Shown: piece after piece, positions 37,323 through 49,298 of the stretch
How positions within the stretch are numbered: position 1 is the stretch's first letter
Layout: each line of letters opens with the position of its first letter
Assembly: GCF_964355755.1 (NCBI RefSeq)
Contig: NC_092671.1
Location: 7,192,001 to 7,256,000, forward strand
Origin: Antedon mediterranea
Lineage: Eukaryota; Animalia; Echinodermata
DNA length: 64,000 nucleotides
Direction: 5' to 3'
Notes under the pieces: generated by a model
Told to the model about the DNA's origin: nothing
The model's input: the letters and a program-made list of their open reading frames with translations, nothing else
Databases searched by the model: none
Position numbers and translations under genes: made by a program

Positions 37323-40300
37323 ATGCGCAAACTTTATGTATTACTTTTTATTATTTGGACACTTAAACGGGTTAGTTTGAGTGATAGTAACTAATATTAC
37401 ATCTACTTGATTCCACATCTCATAAATTGAATAATTAGCTAGGCCTAGGTTATAAGTTATCATTAGATAGGCTAATTTAGGGTAGGGCCTATAGCTAGTA
37501 GGCTAGGCTCTCTAGCTTACTTAGCTAGTACTAGTAGCTATCCTCTCAGATAGGCAGTGGCATGATGCAGGTCTGGTCAGCTCAGGTCTGACTGTAGGCC
37601 TACTCAACTGTCATGTAGGCCTAGGTCTGACTGGGATGTCCCAAGATTTTAATTAACTAGGCCTAGCTTGGCTTTTTTATATTTTTGTTGAGGTATATTA
37701 TTAAAGATCAGCTTTTTAAAGTAAACAATTTCCTCATTTCAGGTATCGTTGGCAAAGGAACATGGAATTTTTACAGTTAAAGAGCATACTGTTTTAGATG
37801 AAAATAAAGGAAAAGGTGAAAACTTCTGCATTGCATATAATCCTGACAACACAACATTACCTACAGAAGTCTCTGTAAGTCAATTCAATTTATTTACTGT
37901 ATGTAATACCATTTATGAATATAATTAAAGTTCTGTATCCCGCATGATTGAACTCTATTTGACTGTCATTTTTTATATTATAACCAGAAAAGAACCTCCA
38001 AACAGCTGTGGAGAAACAGCACATCTTTAAAATCCATTTTTAGTTTAAAGACTGACATAATTTTAATAATATGTTTTTACATTATTTTGAATAGTTAAAG
38101 CCATTGTTGGACCTAAGTTCTTCGATTCTGTGTGTAGATCCTGTCCATCCAGAGAGCTTCCATGGAAAGGTGGTCATTGTACAAGGTGGTAACTGCAGCT
38201 TACTTGAGAATGCTTTAATTGCTCAGAAACATGGAGCACAATCAATTGTCATCTCTGTCACTAAACCACATTCCATGAAGGTTAGCAAACCCAATGTGTT
38301 GATTTTTAAAAGATCCATACCAATGCATTAAAGATATACAATACAAAATCCAATTTAACTATGCTATAACATTTTGGCCATTCTTTGTGTAGTATAATAC
38401 ATTGTTATTGTATTTTCAGTTCAATGGATCAGAAGAACTAACTATTCAAGTTGCAATTATTTTCAGGGATGACATCAAGTTAATCAAGGTAAACACAATT
38501 GGATTTTAATCATTTAATTATCAAACTATTTTTTTTATATTAAAGTTCAATATTTGATTGAAAAAAAAATTTAAAAGATGCTGAAAAGTGTAGTCAGGGT
38601 TTTAAAAATGACAACCTTTTCAGAGAGTTTTACAATTAGTTTCATTTTCTGCTTCATGTATTCCATAATTATATTTTTATATAGAATATTGGTAATAATT
38701 TGGTAGCTGGGTTGTCAGTACCTGATCAACCTAACATTGATTACAACATGGCTGTCATATGGATAATGGCAACAGGAACGGCAGTTGTTGGTGCATTGTG
38801 GGGTGGTTCATCAGCTCATAAAGCGTAAGTGGGCTTCAGAACAAAAGTTAGATAATTTCTTAAGCTCTGTCTACACTATAAAAGGTGGTTCAACAGCTCC
38901 TAAAGCGTAAGTGGGCTTCAGAAAAGAGTTAGATAATTACTTAAGCCCTGTCTACACTATCAAACTAGTTTGACAAAAACGTGTGATGTGCTCAAATATG
39001 GAAGTGACATCATCATTTCCATATATGGGCACATCACATTTTTTTGTCACATAAAGTTTGATATTGAAGATAGAGCAGCCAATATGCTCATCAGCAAACA
39101 TCTATCTTAAAACAATGCACTAGTCTGCTTCTTAATTTCAGTCATTGACATACATTTTTTTTCTTGTAATTGTCTATCTTATAAGTAAACAAGTTAATAA
39201 TCGTGATTTTATGGTCTTTAACTTTGATCTTGTAATTATGAAAAAAAAGTATGAAAATTATTTCTCAAAATCTCAGTATCATGAATGTACAGTATCACAG
39301 TAAATAATTCTATAGAAAGTCTCTAAAAATTGGTCGCTGTTGAAGAAAGTTCAAAATTTTTGTTTCCAATTATTGTGTTTTTGATATTTAAATACAACTG
39401 TGTAGTAGGTATATATGTACTCTTAGGTTTTGATTACAGTTCTGATGATGATGTCAAGTAATTTTAAGAAGGGCTGCATTTTCATTAAATGCCTTATGAT
39501 ATTGATTCTCACTCGTTATTGTGTTTTTGATATTTAACAGTGCAACAAGGAAGAAAAAGAAGGAGATTAGACGAGGCACTGCAGACAATGAAGAAACAGA
39601 CAAGGATGAGGAGGAAGAAGATTCTAATGATAGTGTACCAATCACACCTGTGGTCGTGGTAGTCTGGGTGTGCATGATAGTAATTGTACTGTTACTTATG
39701 TTCTTCTTGTATGACTATTTTGGTAAGTGCATATTGCTAACTTTCAATCAGCCTTTACAAAACTGGGTATTTCTTCCAACCAGGTAGCTATATTTTCACT
39801 AAGCACCCACCTTGATAAGCCTCTATTTGGTGGCATAATGCAGGGTGCAAAGGCCCTGGTTTATTTCTCATAATTGGCCTTCCGATGATGCATTGGGGCT
39901 GCTGATGCTCTGCGGCCCCAAGTTTACCCAGTGAATATACATACGATTACCCTTCCGATCTTACCATCCATTCTTCTATGCTCTCCTTAAGTTATTTATA
40001 GTTACTGTATAAAGGTAGTGTAGAGATTTTATTATTTTTAAGATACTGTATTATATTTTTGTCTTTCTTTTCAGTGTACATTATTATTGGTCTGTATAGT
40101 TTAGGAGCAGTACATGGGATGTATATCTGTCTGTCACCACTTGTTTTAGTCATCTTTCCATTTAAAGCAAGGTATCTTATCACAATATAACCGAAAGCAC
40201 TAAAGCTCTTTGACAAAAAAAAAGTGTGTGCCCAAATATGGTAGTGATATGCCCAAATATGACATCATCATTTCCATATATGGGCACATCACATTTTGTT

Positions 40301-43300
40301 GTCACATAAAGTTTGGTATTGTAGACAGAGCTTCAGATAATTGGCTCTTATGCAGTAGAAACCCTATTCAAGGGACACCTTTAAGACTGTCCCTTTAATA
40401 GCGGTGTCCCCTGAATGGGGGGATGGCTGTAGTGTATTGCTCCTCATTTTTTTTTCACAGGAAAGGGTCCTCTTTATAGTGGTGTCCCAGCAGAGGGAGT
40501 TCCACTATGATGCTAGTTATTTTTTTTTTTTTTCAGAATAAAAATATTACCGTGTAAAAAAGATACAAAGAACCGACCACTTGTAGTGAGCGTAGTTTTG
40601 GTAATTTTCTGTATTGTGTTTGTAGCAGTGTGGTTTTATTATCGTCATGCAGATTTTGCTTGGATACTCTTAGACATAATGGGAATAGCATTCTGTATAA
40701 GTATCTTGAAGACAATACGCATAAATAGTTTTAAGGTAAGATACAGTATAAGAGTGGGAGTATGTCTTTAAATATATAAAAAATTATATTCGATATTCAT
40801 ACTGCTGGTGGACACTGTAGACGGCTATGTCCTTTTGAAATTAAAGATTAAATTAATAATAATTTTAATAAGTTTAATATTACATTTTTTTTATAGACTT
40901 GTTTTCTTCTGTTGTCCTTGCTGTTCTTCTATGACATTTTTATGGTTTTCATCACTCCATATCTTACAAAGGTATGGGTTTTTATTGATAAGAATTAATA
41001 ATAATGTGGTGTCATAAACCAGTACCAAACTGAGCAATCTATAATGATATACTGTAGTTAGCGGATGAGTGTTCTGTTTTGATGTTCAGTAAATGATAAA
41101 GAAATTTGCTGTACTGTACATTAACAACAGGTAAAGATTACAAACTTTAGAATAAAGTGCATTTACATTGATTTCAAAGCAGCATTTTGATGTATGCTTT
41201 TATAATTGGTATTTAGACGGGCGAAAGTATAATGGTTGAAGTGGCAACAGGTTCTGGTGGAACTAAGGAACAGGTAATTTCAAAGCTCTGTCTGCACTAT
41301 CAAAATGTGATATGAACATTACATGATGATGTCATATCACTACCATATTTAAGCATATCACTATCATATTTGGGCACTTTTTTTGTCAAACTATATTGAT
41401 AGTGTAGGCATAATGCAATCAATTCTTAAATTAATGATTTACTGATTTAGATCATATTTTATAAATTTTTATTCAAGAATATTGCAAATTTAAAGGGACA
41501 ACTTTGGAACCCAACAAAGTGCCCATTAATTCTAGTGTCCGCTGAATAGCCATGCAGTAACCGTTAACACATATTTCCCCTTACTTCCACAGTAAATTGT
41601 CATAAAGAGGGGTGTCCCAAACTAGATGTGGAAATTTGTTTATTAATAACAAAATTATTTTAAAATGTTTTGAGGTTTTTTTCATTAATATGTGTTTTGT
41701 AGATTCCAGTGCTATTACAAGTGCCTCGCCTTAGTACATCTGTTTACTCAGTGTGCTATGCTACTGCCTATTCAATGCTTGGCTTTGGAGACATACTTAT
41801 CCCTGGTGAGTTGATAGAGGAATTATAGATCATGGGATGACGGTAAATCCTTCGTAATGATGAAGGAACATGTTTTTTATCTGTATTTGTATCTTTTGTA
41901 TATTTCCTTGTATTTTAATTGTTTCTTAATTTCAACAAATTTTATTGTGTTTTCATTTACTTAATATGTTAAAACATTATTTTATGTTTGATTTTCAGGT
42001 TTGCTTATAAGTCATTGTTATGCATTTGATCTTAAAGTTAACAGCAAAAGAATTTACTTAATAACTACTAGTATTGGTAAGTTAATTACAGTGTATGTTT
42101 TAGTTTAGTACTATTCAATAGATCCAGTGGCCATATTCACCATTCACTCATTGGCTAAGGGAAATACTTAAATTTAAAAAAATTTAGCTACCAAAGTGAA
42201 TACAATTTAAGGGAAATAAATGATATACTTAATATTTAAGGGAAATATCTCACTTAAGTGTGATTGGTGAATACGACCAGAGGATCATAAAGATACATTG
42301 AGATCACTGCAGATATGAGAGCATATTCTGTGGGGTTTAAGTAAGGTGGGAGGAATTTTTCTCTATTACTATAAATAATACAAAGTGTGTTTTGGCATTT
42401 TTGACAATTGAATTTTCTTTGGTTATTCTTCTATGTAGCTTATGGAATTGGGTTGCTGTTGACATTCCTAGCATTAGCCATCATGCAGATTGGTCAACCA
42501 GCTTTGTTGTATCTTGTACCAACAACGGTTGGAACAGCTTTGCTGGTGGCAAAATATAGAGGAGAGGTTCGACATTTATGGAATGGTTGTCTGGTAAGTT
42601 ATGTGAATAAAGTAATCGCAGTAACCAGAATATCATACAATACTTGTCTTTTACTAACACTATACAGCCCAACAAATACAGCAGAAAGTGCAGAATCATG
42701 GCTGACAAACCATTACAATGAACTCTTAAATGTTCGAGGCTCACTCACTCCATGGTTCTGGTGGTAGAACGAGTCTTCTCGGATAAGGACTATAAACCGT
42801 AGGTCCAGTGTACACATCTAGCTTGTGTGCACTTTAAAGAACCTAGTACATCTTTCGAGACGAGTAGGGGGTTACCCCGGTGTATTAGTACATCACAGCC
42901 ACTGATCACCAACTGGGCCCTCTGGGAGACCAGTCTTTGACTGAAGAGGTTACCCAGTATAAATATAAATTTCAATCAATCAAAAAAAAAAATTGAAATC
43001 TATATCTATTGTTGTTTAGTTTATTTTATTTATAAATGACTCACTATTTACCATAATGAAGGGTTTTGTCAAAATGACTGTAAATATAATTTCTACTAAT
43101 TCTTAGCATCACTTATCATGGAAATTTTGCATTTTGTGTCACACAAAAATGTCCCACAATTCTACTGTTAGAAGTTACTGCAGTAATTGTTTTTTTACAG
43201 GATAAGAAAGATGAAGATGATGGTGATTCCAATGCAGTGTCCAGTTGTCCATCATCTCGAATGGCCGAAGAAGGCCAAAATACATGTCATAAACGAGCAA

Positions 43301-43371
43301 GCTCTAATAGTGACAGTGATATCTTGGAGCCACTGATTGAGTCAGAGATTCTAAATGTACATATAAATTAA
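37323..43371 (+). CDS. SPPL2B: Signal peptide peptidase-like 2 (SPPL2A/B co-ortholog), GxGD aspartyl intramembrane protease with PA domain
   Basis: 14 in-phase exons: 37323-37370, 37743-37874, 38095-38280, 38420-38488, 38685-38824, 39541-39722, 40075-40171, 40537-40735, 40897-40971, 41217-41273, 41703-41805, 41999-42076, 42439-42593, 43201-43371. Signal peptide, PA domain (VVIVQGGNCSLLENALIAQKHGA), catalytic LFFYDIF and LGFGDILIPG, and QPALLYLVP. Confidence 0.93.
40352..40508. mobile_element. Tc1/mariner (pogo-like) MITE, degenerate; related copies at ~6605-6660, ~41490-41620, ~48920-48993
   Basis: CAGTAGAA(A)CCCTATT..GGGACACC / GGTGTCCC..TAATAGAGGTTCTGCTGTA terminal motifs recur across copies. 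Confidence 0.55.
42733..42985 (+). mobile_element. 5'-truncated tRNA-derived SINE with Deu/Nin-type central domain
   Basis: B-box remnant GTTCGAGGC, then CTTCTCGGATAAGGACTATAAACCGTAGGTCC...CACTTTAAAGAACC...GAGTAGGGGGTTACCCCGGTGT, resembling the DeuSINE/Nin core. (TCAA)n/A tail. Confidence 0.7.
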
Positions 43372-43432
43372 ATATTGTAATTAAAGTACTTATAAATGTA
43401 CAGAAATATTGTTTATTATAAAGGTTATTTTT

Positions 43433-43784
43433 AGGGCCTGTTCAAACCTACAGAGTTATGCTTTCGTATCGTACGCAGTGTACAGTACAACTCCATAGGT
43501 CTGAAATAGGAAAAGACCTCTTACAACACTGATCTTTCGTTCGTTACGATAGCTCAAGGTAAAGATTAGTGAACAATATGAAAGTCATGCATCAACGATT
43601 TTGACTTAACCAATCAAATTACTCCTGCATACCAGATGTTCGCCCAAATTGGTGACACTTAAGTTTCAAACAAAGGCGTTAATTAAGCAAATCTGAACAC
43701 TTTGCTGTTATAATGCTAATTATAATATGACATTGCTTGCGATATGAATGCATAACTCCATGGATTTGAACATATGTACCCTTA
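43433..43784. mobile_element. Degenerate MITE just downstream of the SPPL2 stop codon
   Basis: Imperfect ~32-bp inverted repeats GTTCAAACCTACAGAGTTATGCTTTCGTATCG / CGATATGAATGCATAACTCCATGGATTTGAAC. Confidence 0.55.
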
Positions 43785-46700
43785 GGCTTTCTGTAAGGCC
43801 AGGGAAATACATTTAGCACATCTTAATATTTTGGTGCTACATTTTTGTAAACTTTCATCTTCCATCACTGCATTTTTATTGTGCTTGCAAATATTCAGCG
43901 CATTGCATCAAATCAATGTTGGCATAGTTCGTATTGTGCTTGCTAGCCAAACTAAAACCCATTACAGAAAGTAAGCAAAGACTTAACTAGAATAGTATAA
44001 ATAGATAACTTTATTGTTGATTTAAAATCTTTTAATTCTATTTTCTACAGTCTTTCAGTGTTGGTTTTTTTTGTTTTCAACATTTTATCTATGAATAGTT
44101 TTAGTTCATATTATTCTGCCACAATAAATAAATATATAAAATATTTGTATATATTTTTTCAGTTAATCTGCCATTTTAAACTTTCTTAAAGAATCATAAT
44201 GTCATAAATACAATTTATTGTACTGTAATTGCTAATATTAAGAAATTAGAATTAAAATGTCAGTAATTAAATTTATCCATGGAATCATGATTTATCTACC
44301 TGATTAACTTACATTAATTATGGATGAATTTGTTGTGACGTGTATGTTCAGAAATAATATAAAATTTATAAATAATGGAAATTTATGAGTTGAATAGGGA
44401 GAGTAAAAGATTAAATAAGTAATTGAATAGAACTCACTGTCAGGCTTTCAACAAATGGAACATTGTTCTTCTCAAATGCTTACTGAGCGTGCAATAGTAG
44501 ACCTACCATCAATTGTAGGTATGGGAGAACATAATGCACGGCAATAAGTCAACCAATCAAATTGCAAGAAAACATTTAATATTTAGTTAGTTGTTCTATG
44601 GTGGTTTAAGAATTTTAGATGTATTCTGTATATATTTTGTCTATTCATAATTTTGTGTTCACAATACTGTGCAGATTCAAAAGAATTAGAAACTCATAAA
44701 TATATGCCCATATATTGACACATCACACTTTTTTTGTCAAACTAGTTTCATAGTGTAGACAGAGCTTAAAGCTCTATCTACACTATCAACATTTGTGACA
44801 AACAAATGCAATGTGCCCATATATGTACACGATGATGTCATATCACTACCATATTTGGGCAAATCACACTTTTTTTTTGTCAAACTAGTTTGATAGTGTA
44901 TAATAGGTAGGTTTAAGTGTGCATGGTTTAAGTGTGATTTCTGTAAACCTTTGTGAGAAACCTATGTGCATGAGAACTGTAGTTAAAATTCTATATGCGA
45001 GATATTTATGTGAGATTTAAACATGAGGAAGTATTATGTTTATTAACCATATGTTAAAATATGTCTGTACACCTTTCCTGTTTAATTACAGCCACGGTAA
45101 CTAATGGGCCTTGATTAATTATTATCAAGGAACGAAATTCTTATCGTTTCTGTCATGACTTCCTGCGTTCATGCTGATGATGTGTTCAAATTTTAAACAA
45201 GTTTAAGTGTTATACATTTTCAAATTTCTTTTCATTTACAACTGCAGGGCGGGAAATATTAAAGATGTATTGTCCCCCTGAAAAACAATTCTGAAACATT
45301 TTTTGTTGAAAATAAATGTATTTACCTCAAAAAACTGTAATTTAAAGCAAAAAAAATAGTCAAATGATTCTTTTAGACTTCAACCGCATATAAGATTAGG
45401 TGAGCAGAAGGGAAGCACTAATATTTTGCACGTCTTTAATAATAAAAAAAAACATAAGAAGCTTCCATTAACTAGCATAGTACTTTATTCACATATAACA
45501 AAAATCTGTAAATAAATTTAGTATCCTATTTTCAACTTAAAAAAAGAAATCTTCCAAGCTAAATGTTGATAAAAACTGGCACAGCCTTGTAAAGAATTGA
45601 TCATGTTTTATTGGCCTACTAACAGCACAACTTGAATATTATTATTATTTTACAATGTGCAGAAAATATACCATCCTGAATAACTATTAATAAATAAATT
45701 ACATGAGAAAGACATTGGTATAACCACACTATCAGACTCAATTCTAGATGCTTTACTACCAGATTATTCTATGGCTGCGGCTTTATTCAATTTAACAATA
45801 AAATATATTCTTTGTTAAACCAAAAAAAAATTGTGTGTGATAAAACATTTCATTAAAATTCAACAATGAATATTCCATTTAAAATGTTTTTATCAAAGAT
45901 TGATTATACATGATTTTAAACTGTAAATGCTTACTCATTTAAAAGACTTTACATTTAAAATCTATTTAGTTTGACGAATCAGAAAATAATATTTGTAAGT
46001 ACTGTGCTACATACAGTACATGTAATAATTAAGGCACAGTAGTAGAATGACACAAATACAAAAAGCTATTTTCATCAAATTGATCATTCTGATCGGCCAA
46101 AATTCACTTTAGACATGTGATAACTGTTTAGTTGGTTGGCCAGGGCTAAGATACCCCTCCCGTTCACACTGACCAACCACTTAGTTTGAGTTGATCTACA
46201 GAAGGAACTTACAAAAGTACAGTGTATGAGAATTTGTTTACAATTTTGCAATAAAAGTATCCACTACTTTGTAAGCTTTCAGCCATGTTCATCAAAACAC
46301 TCATACCAGTAATATAACTTGTTCATTATAATACCAATTTGAAAATAAAAACAATTATATAACAATGAAAAAATTACAGACCATTTCTGCTACATAGAAA
46401 TGAAAATAACTCTAGATATATTCAGACACAAATTTTTTACATTCTTAAAACAAAATAAAAACATGCATTGTATTCAGGCTCGTTTTCCACTGGGAAAATT
46501 GTTTTGTACGAGTAAAAAATATTGGTTTATGGACATTAATATCTACTTTTTTGTGATGCGAAAATATGCACAACCAATCAGAGCTCAAGAATGTTATACT
46601 CGCACAAATAAATTTGCATAGTGAAAAACAGGCTTTAGGGAGTGGTCATAAGATTCTTAATATATTTATCTTCATTTATTATTTCTTATGTAATGTTTTA

Positions 46701-47399
46701 TTTTTAAAAATGAAATAAACGAAACAGGACTACTTTTCCATCTTTCAACATTTTACACTCGCATTCATACCTGTCACGCCTTTTTCTAATATCTAGATAA
46801 CACTCTTACAGGCATAGATAAAAACAACCACGCAATTTAAGTCAACTATAATACCTGAACAATGACACGATGTGAAACTTGAACAGCTCAGTAGTCACTT
46901 CCTGAATGAACTATCAGGCATGAATAATGAGGCTTTGTTAATACAAAAACAGTTTCTGACTTTTAGAGAATTTGCAATAAATAAAATGATAAATTGAGAG
47001 CATAATGTAAAAAATCTCATTTGAGAACTTAAAAAATATGTTCAAAAGTCATGTTTTATGCTTTATACTGGTGGGAAAAAGTCTATTAGAAAAAGGAAAT
47101 TACATAAAAACCACTAATGGTAATTTAAACAACCATGATGAATAATATCACATGTTTAGAAAAACCACAATATAAATGATTTCTTTTTTTATGGGCTATT
47201 GCATGCAAATGTCTTTCAGATATGATTTGATATTTGAGTTTCCGAGAGAAAACTTAATTCATAGTATCTGAACTCTGACCTGGCGGAAAAATGTTTTATG
47301 CTGGATATCCGAGGCAGAAATGAATAATTTACGAGATTAAATATGGATTAAATTAGGGTGCTATATGGACAGTAGATCAAATAGGTTGTATCAATGGAA

Positions 47400-47470
47400 G
47401 CTGTTTAGCTAAATGGTATAGACATCAGTTTGTAAAGCTGAAGTCCTGTGTTTCGAATCCCATCAAAATC
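47400..47470 (+). pseudogene. Degenerate tRNA-like sequence (GTA anticodon loop), probably a SINE head or pseudo-tRNA
   Basis: A-box-like TAGCTAAATGGT, anticodon arm TCAGT-TTGTAAA-GCTGA, B-box-like GTTTCGAATCC. Acceptor and T stems do not pair well. Confidence 0.45.
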
Positions 47471-49298
47471 TTTTATGATATTTTTAATGAGAGATTGTGT
47501 TTTAGGTTCAGTTTATATTTAGGTCGGCTATCTTGTTATTATGTAACATAGAAAATAAAGCATTATTCATGATTTCTGCCTTAAAAAATTTGACCCAGGA
47601 ATTTGTGTTTATAGTTTAAATAAATATATTCATAATATAGCCTTATGATTTGCTTCGATGTCACATGACTTCACACCATCCTTTACTCACGTTTCTGAAC
47701 TTGACAAACTCACCTCTGGTTAATTCTAAAGATATTGCAATTTCAAAAGCATTAAGCAATAATAAAATATATATATATATATATAACTATTATAAAGTCA
47801 TTTAGAGCATAGGATATTTTTTTTAGATAAAAGAGCACAAAATAGGTGTATAATATACATAACAAAAATAATTTTTTAACATAGCATTTAACATAGAAAC
47901 AACTACAATGTAGAAACAACAGTGTGTTAATACACATCTCAGGCATTTGGACGGGTTCACATAAATTTGAGATTTTTTTAAAGTGATTTGCATCTTATGT
48001 GACATTCAAATGTTTTATAAGAAAAAAAAACATTTAAAATAGATTTAATTAAGAACAATAGTTAAAAGTATATCATTTAGGATGGTCTTCTCCGGCGGTG
48101 CAAAGTGTTGTGTTTTTGTAGCAGTAAGCAAGCATGCTTGTACTGTACTGGCTAAAATCTGTGTGCTGTTAGCCCAATTAACTATAACATCATCTTATTC
48201 TCAAAACGTCTTGAATTCTTACTGATTGTCATTAATTCCAATTTAAAATCAACTTCAGAAAACTGCTAGTAAATAATCCGTTCATAATCGTTCAAGCAAG
48301 AAATCCAATGATGCATTGATATCGCCATTTTTGTCCAAAACTTTGGTCACAATGCAGACAAGCAGTTTTCATTGCAAACTCTTTGATTTTCTGCCAAACT
48401 TTTTTTTAACTTGGAAGACATTTTGTTTTCTCTAAAATTATCATAAAAGTCTTCTTTTATTTACAATGAATTGTCTGTACAATGTCTTTAATACTACAAT
48501 TCTCACTGCAAGAAATAAAAAGTAGATAGTATTATTTATATTGTAGAAATTAACAACAAATATTAAAATGTAGTGAAATCTCTTTTGAGACATCTCTAAA
48601 GCTCTGTCTACACTACCACACTTTATATGACAAAAAAACGTGATGTGCCCATATATGGAGATGATGATGTCATATCACTACCATATTTGGGCACGTCACA
48701 CTTTTTTTGTCAAACTAGTTTGATAGTGTAGGCAGAGCTTAAAGCTCTATCTACACTATCAAACTAGTTTGATGTGATGTGCCCAAATATGGAAGTGATA
48801 TGTTTAACTATGGTAGTCATATGACATCACCATGTCAATATATGGGCACACCACAGTTTTTTGTCACATAAATTTTGATAGTTATAGATGGAAGTAACTT
48901 TACCACTACAACCTTTATTAATTAAGGGGACACCTCTCTTAAGGGGGCACATTGATTGGTCAGAAGGTGTCCCCTTAATAGAGGTTCTGCTGTATTACAT
49001 CCTAGTCTTTAGTTTAATTGTGGTTTATATTATTACAGCTTAATTGGGTCAAAATTGACCTGAAATGCGTTGGTTTATTTAATTCTTTTGCCAATATTAC
49101 CACTGGATGCAATGAATTTGGAATATAGTACTGTATTTGATGCCATGGCTCTATGGCAGTCAATGTCAAAGGTTAATTCTATTCTTTGATTTGACTTCAA
49201 ATAAATCACAACTATGTTGCTGTCACCAAAACAATGCTATCATTATGTTGTCAGGGATGGTTGTGAATGCTAAGCTTTTAAATTTTAGCAAATATTAC

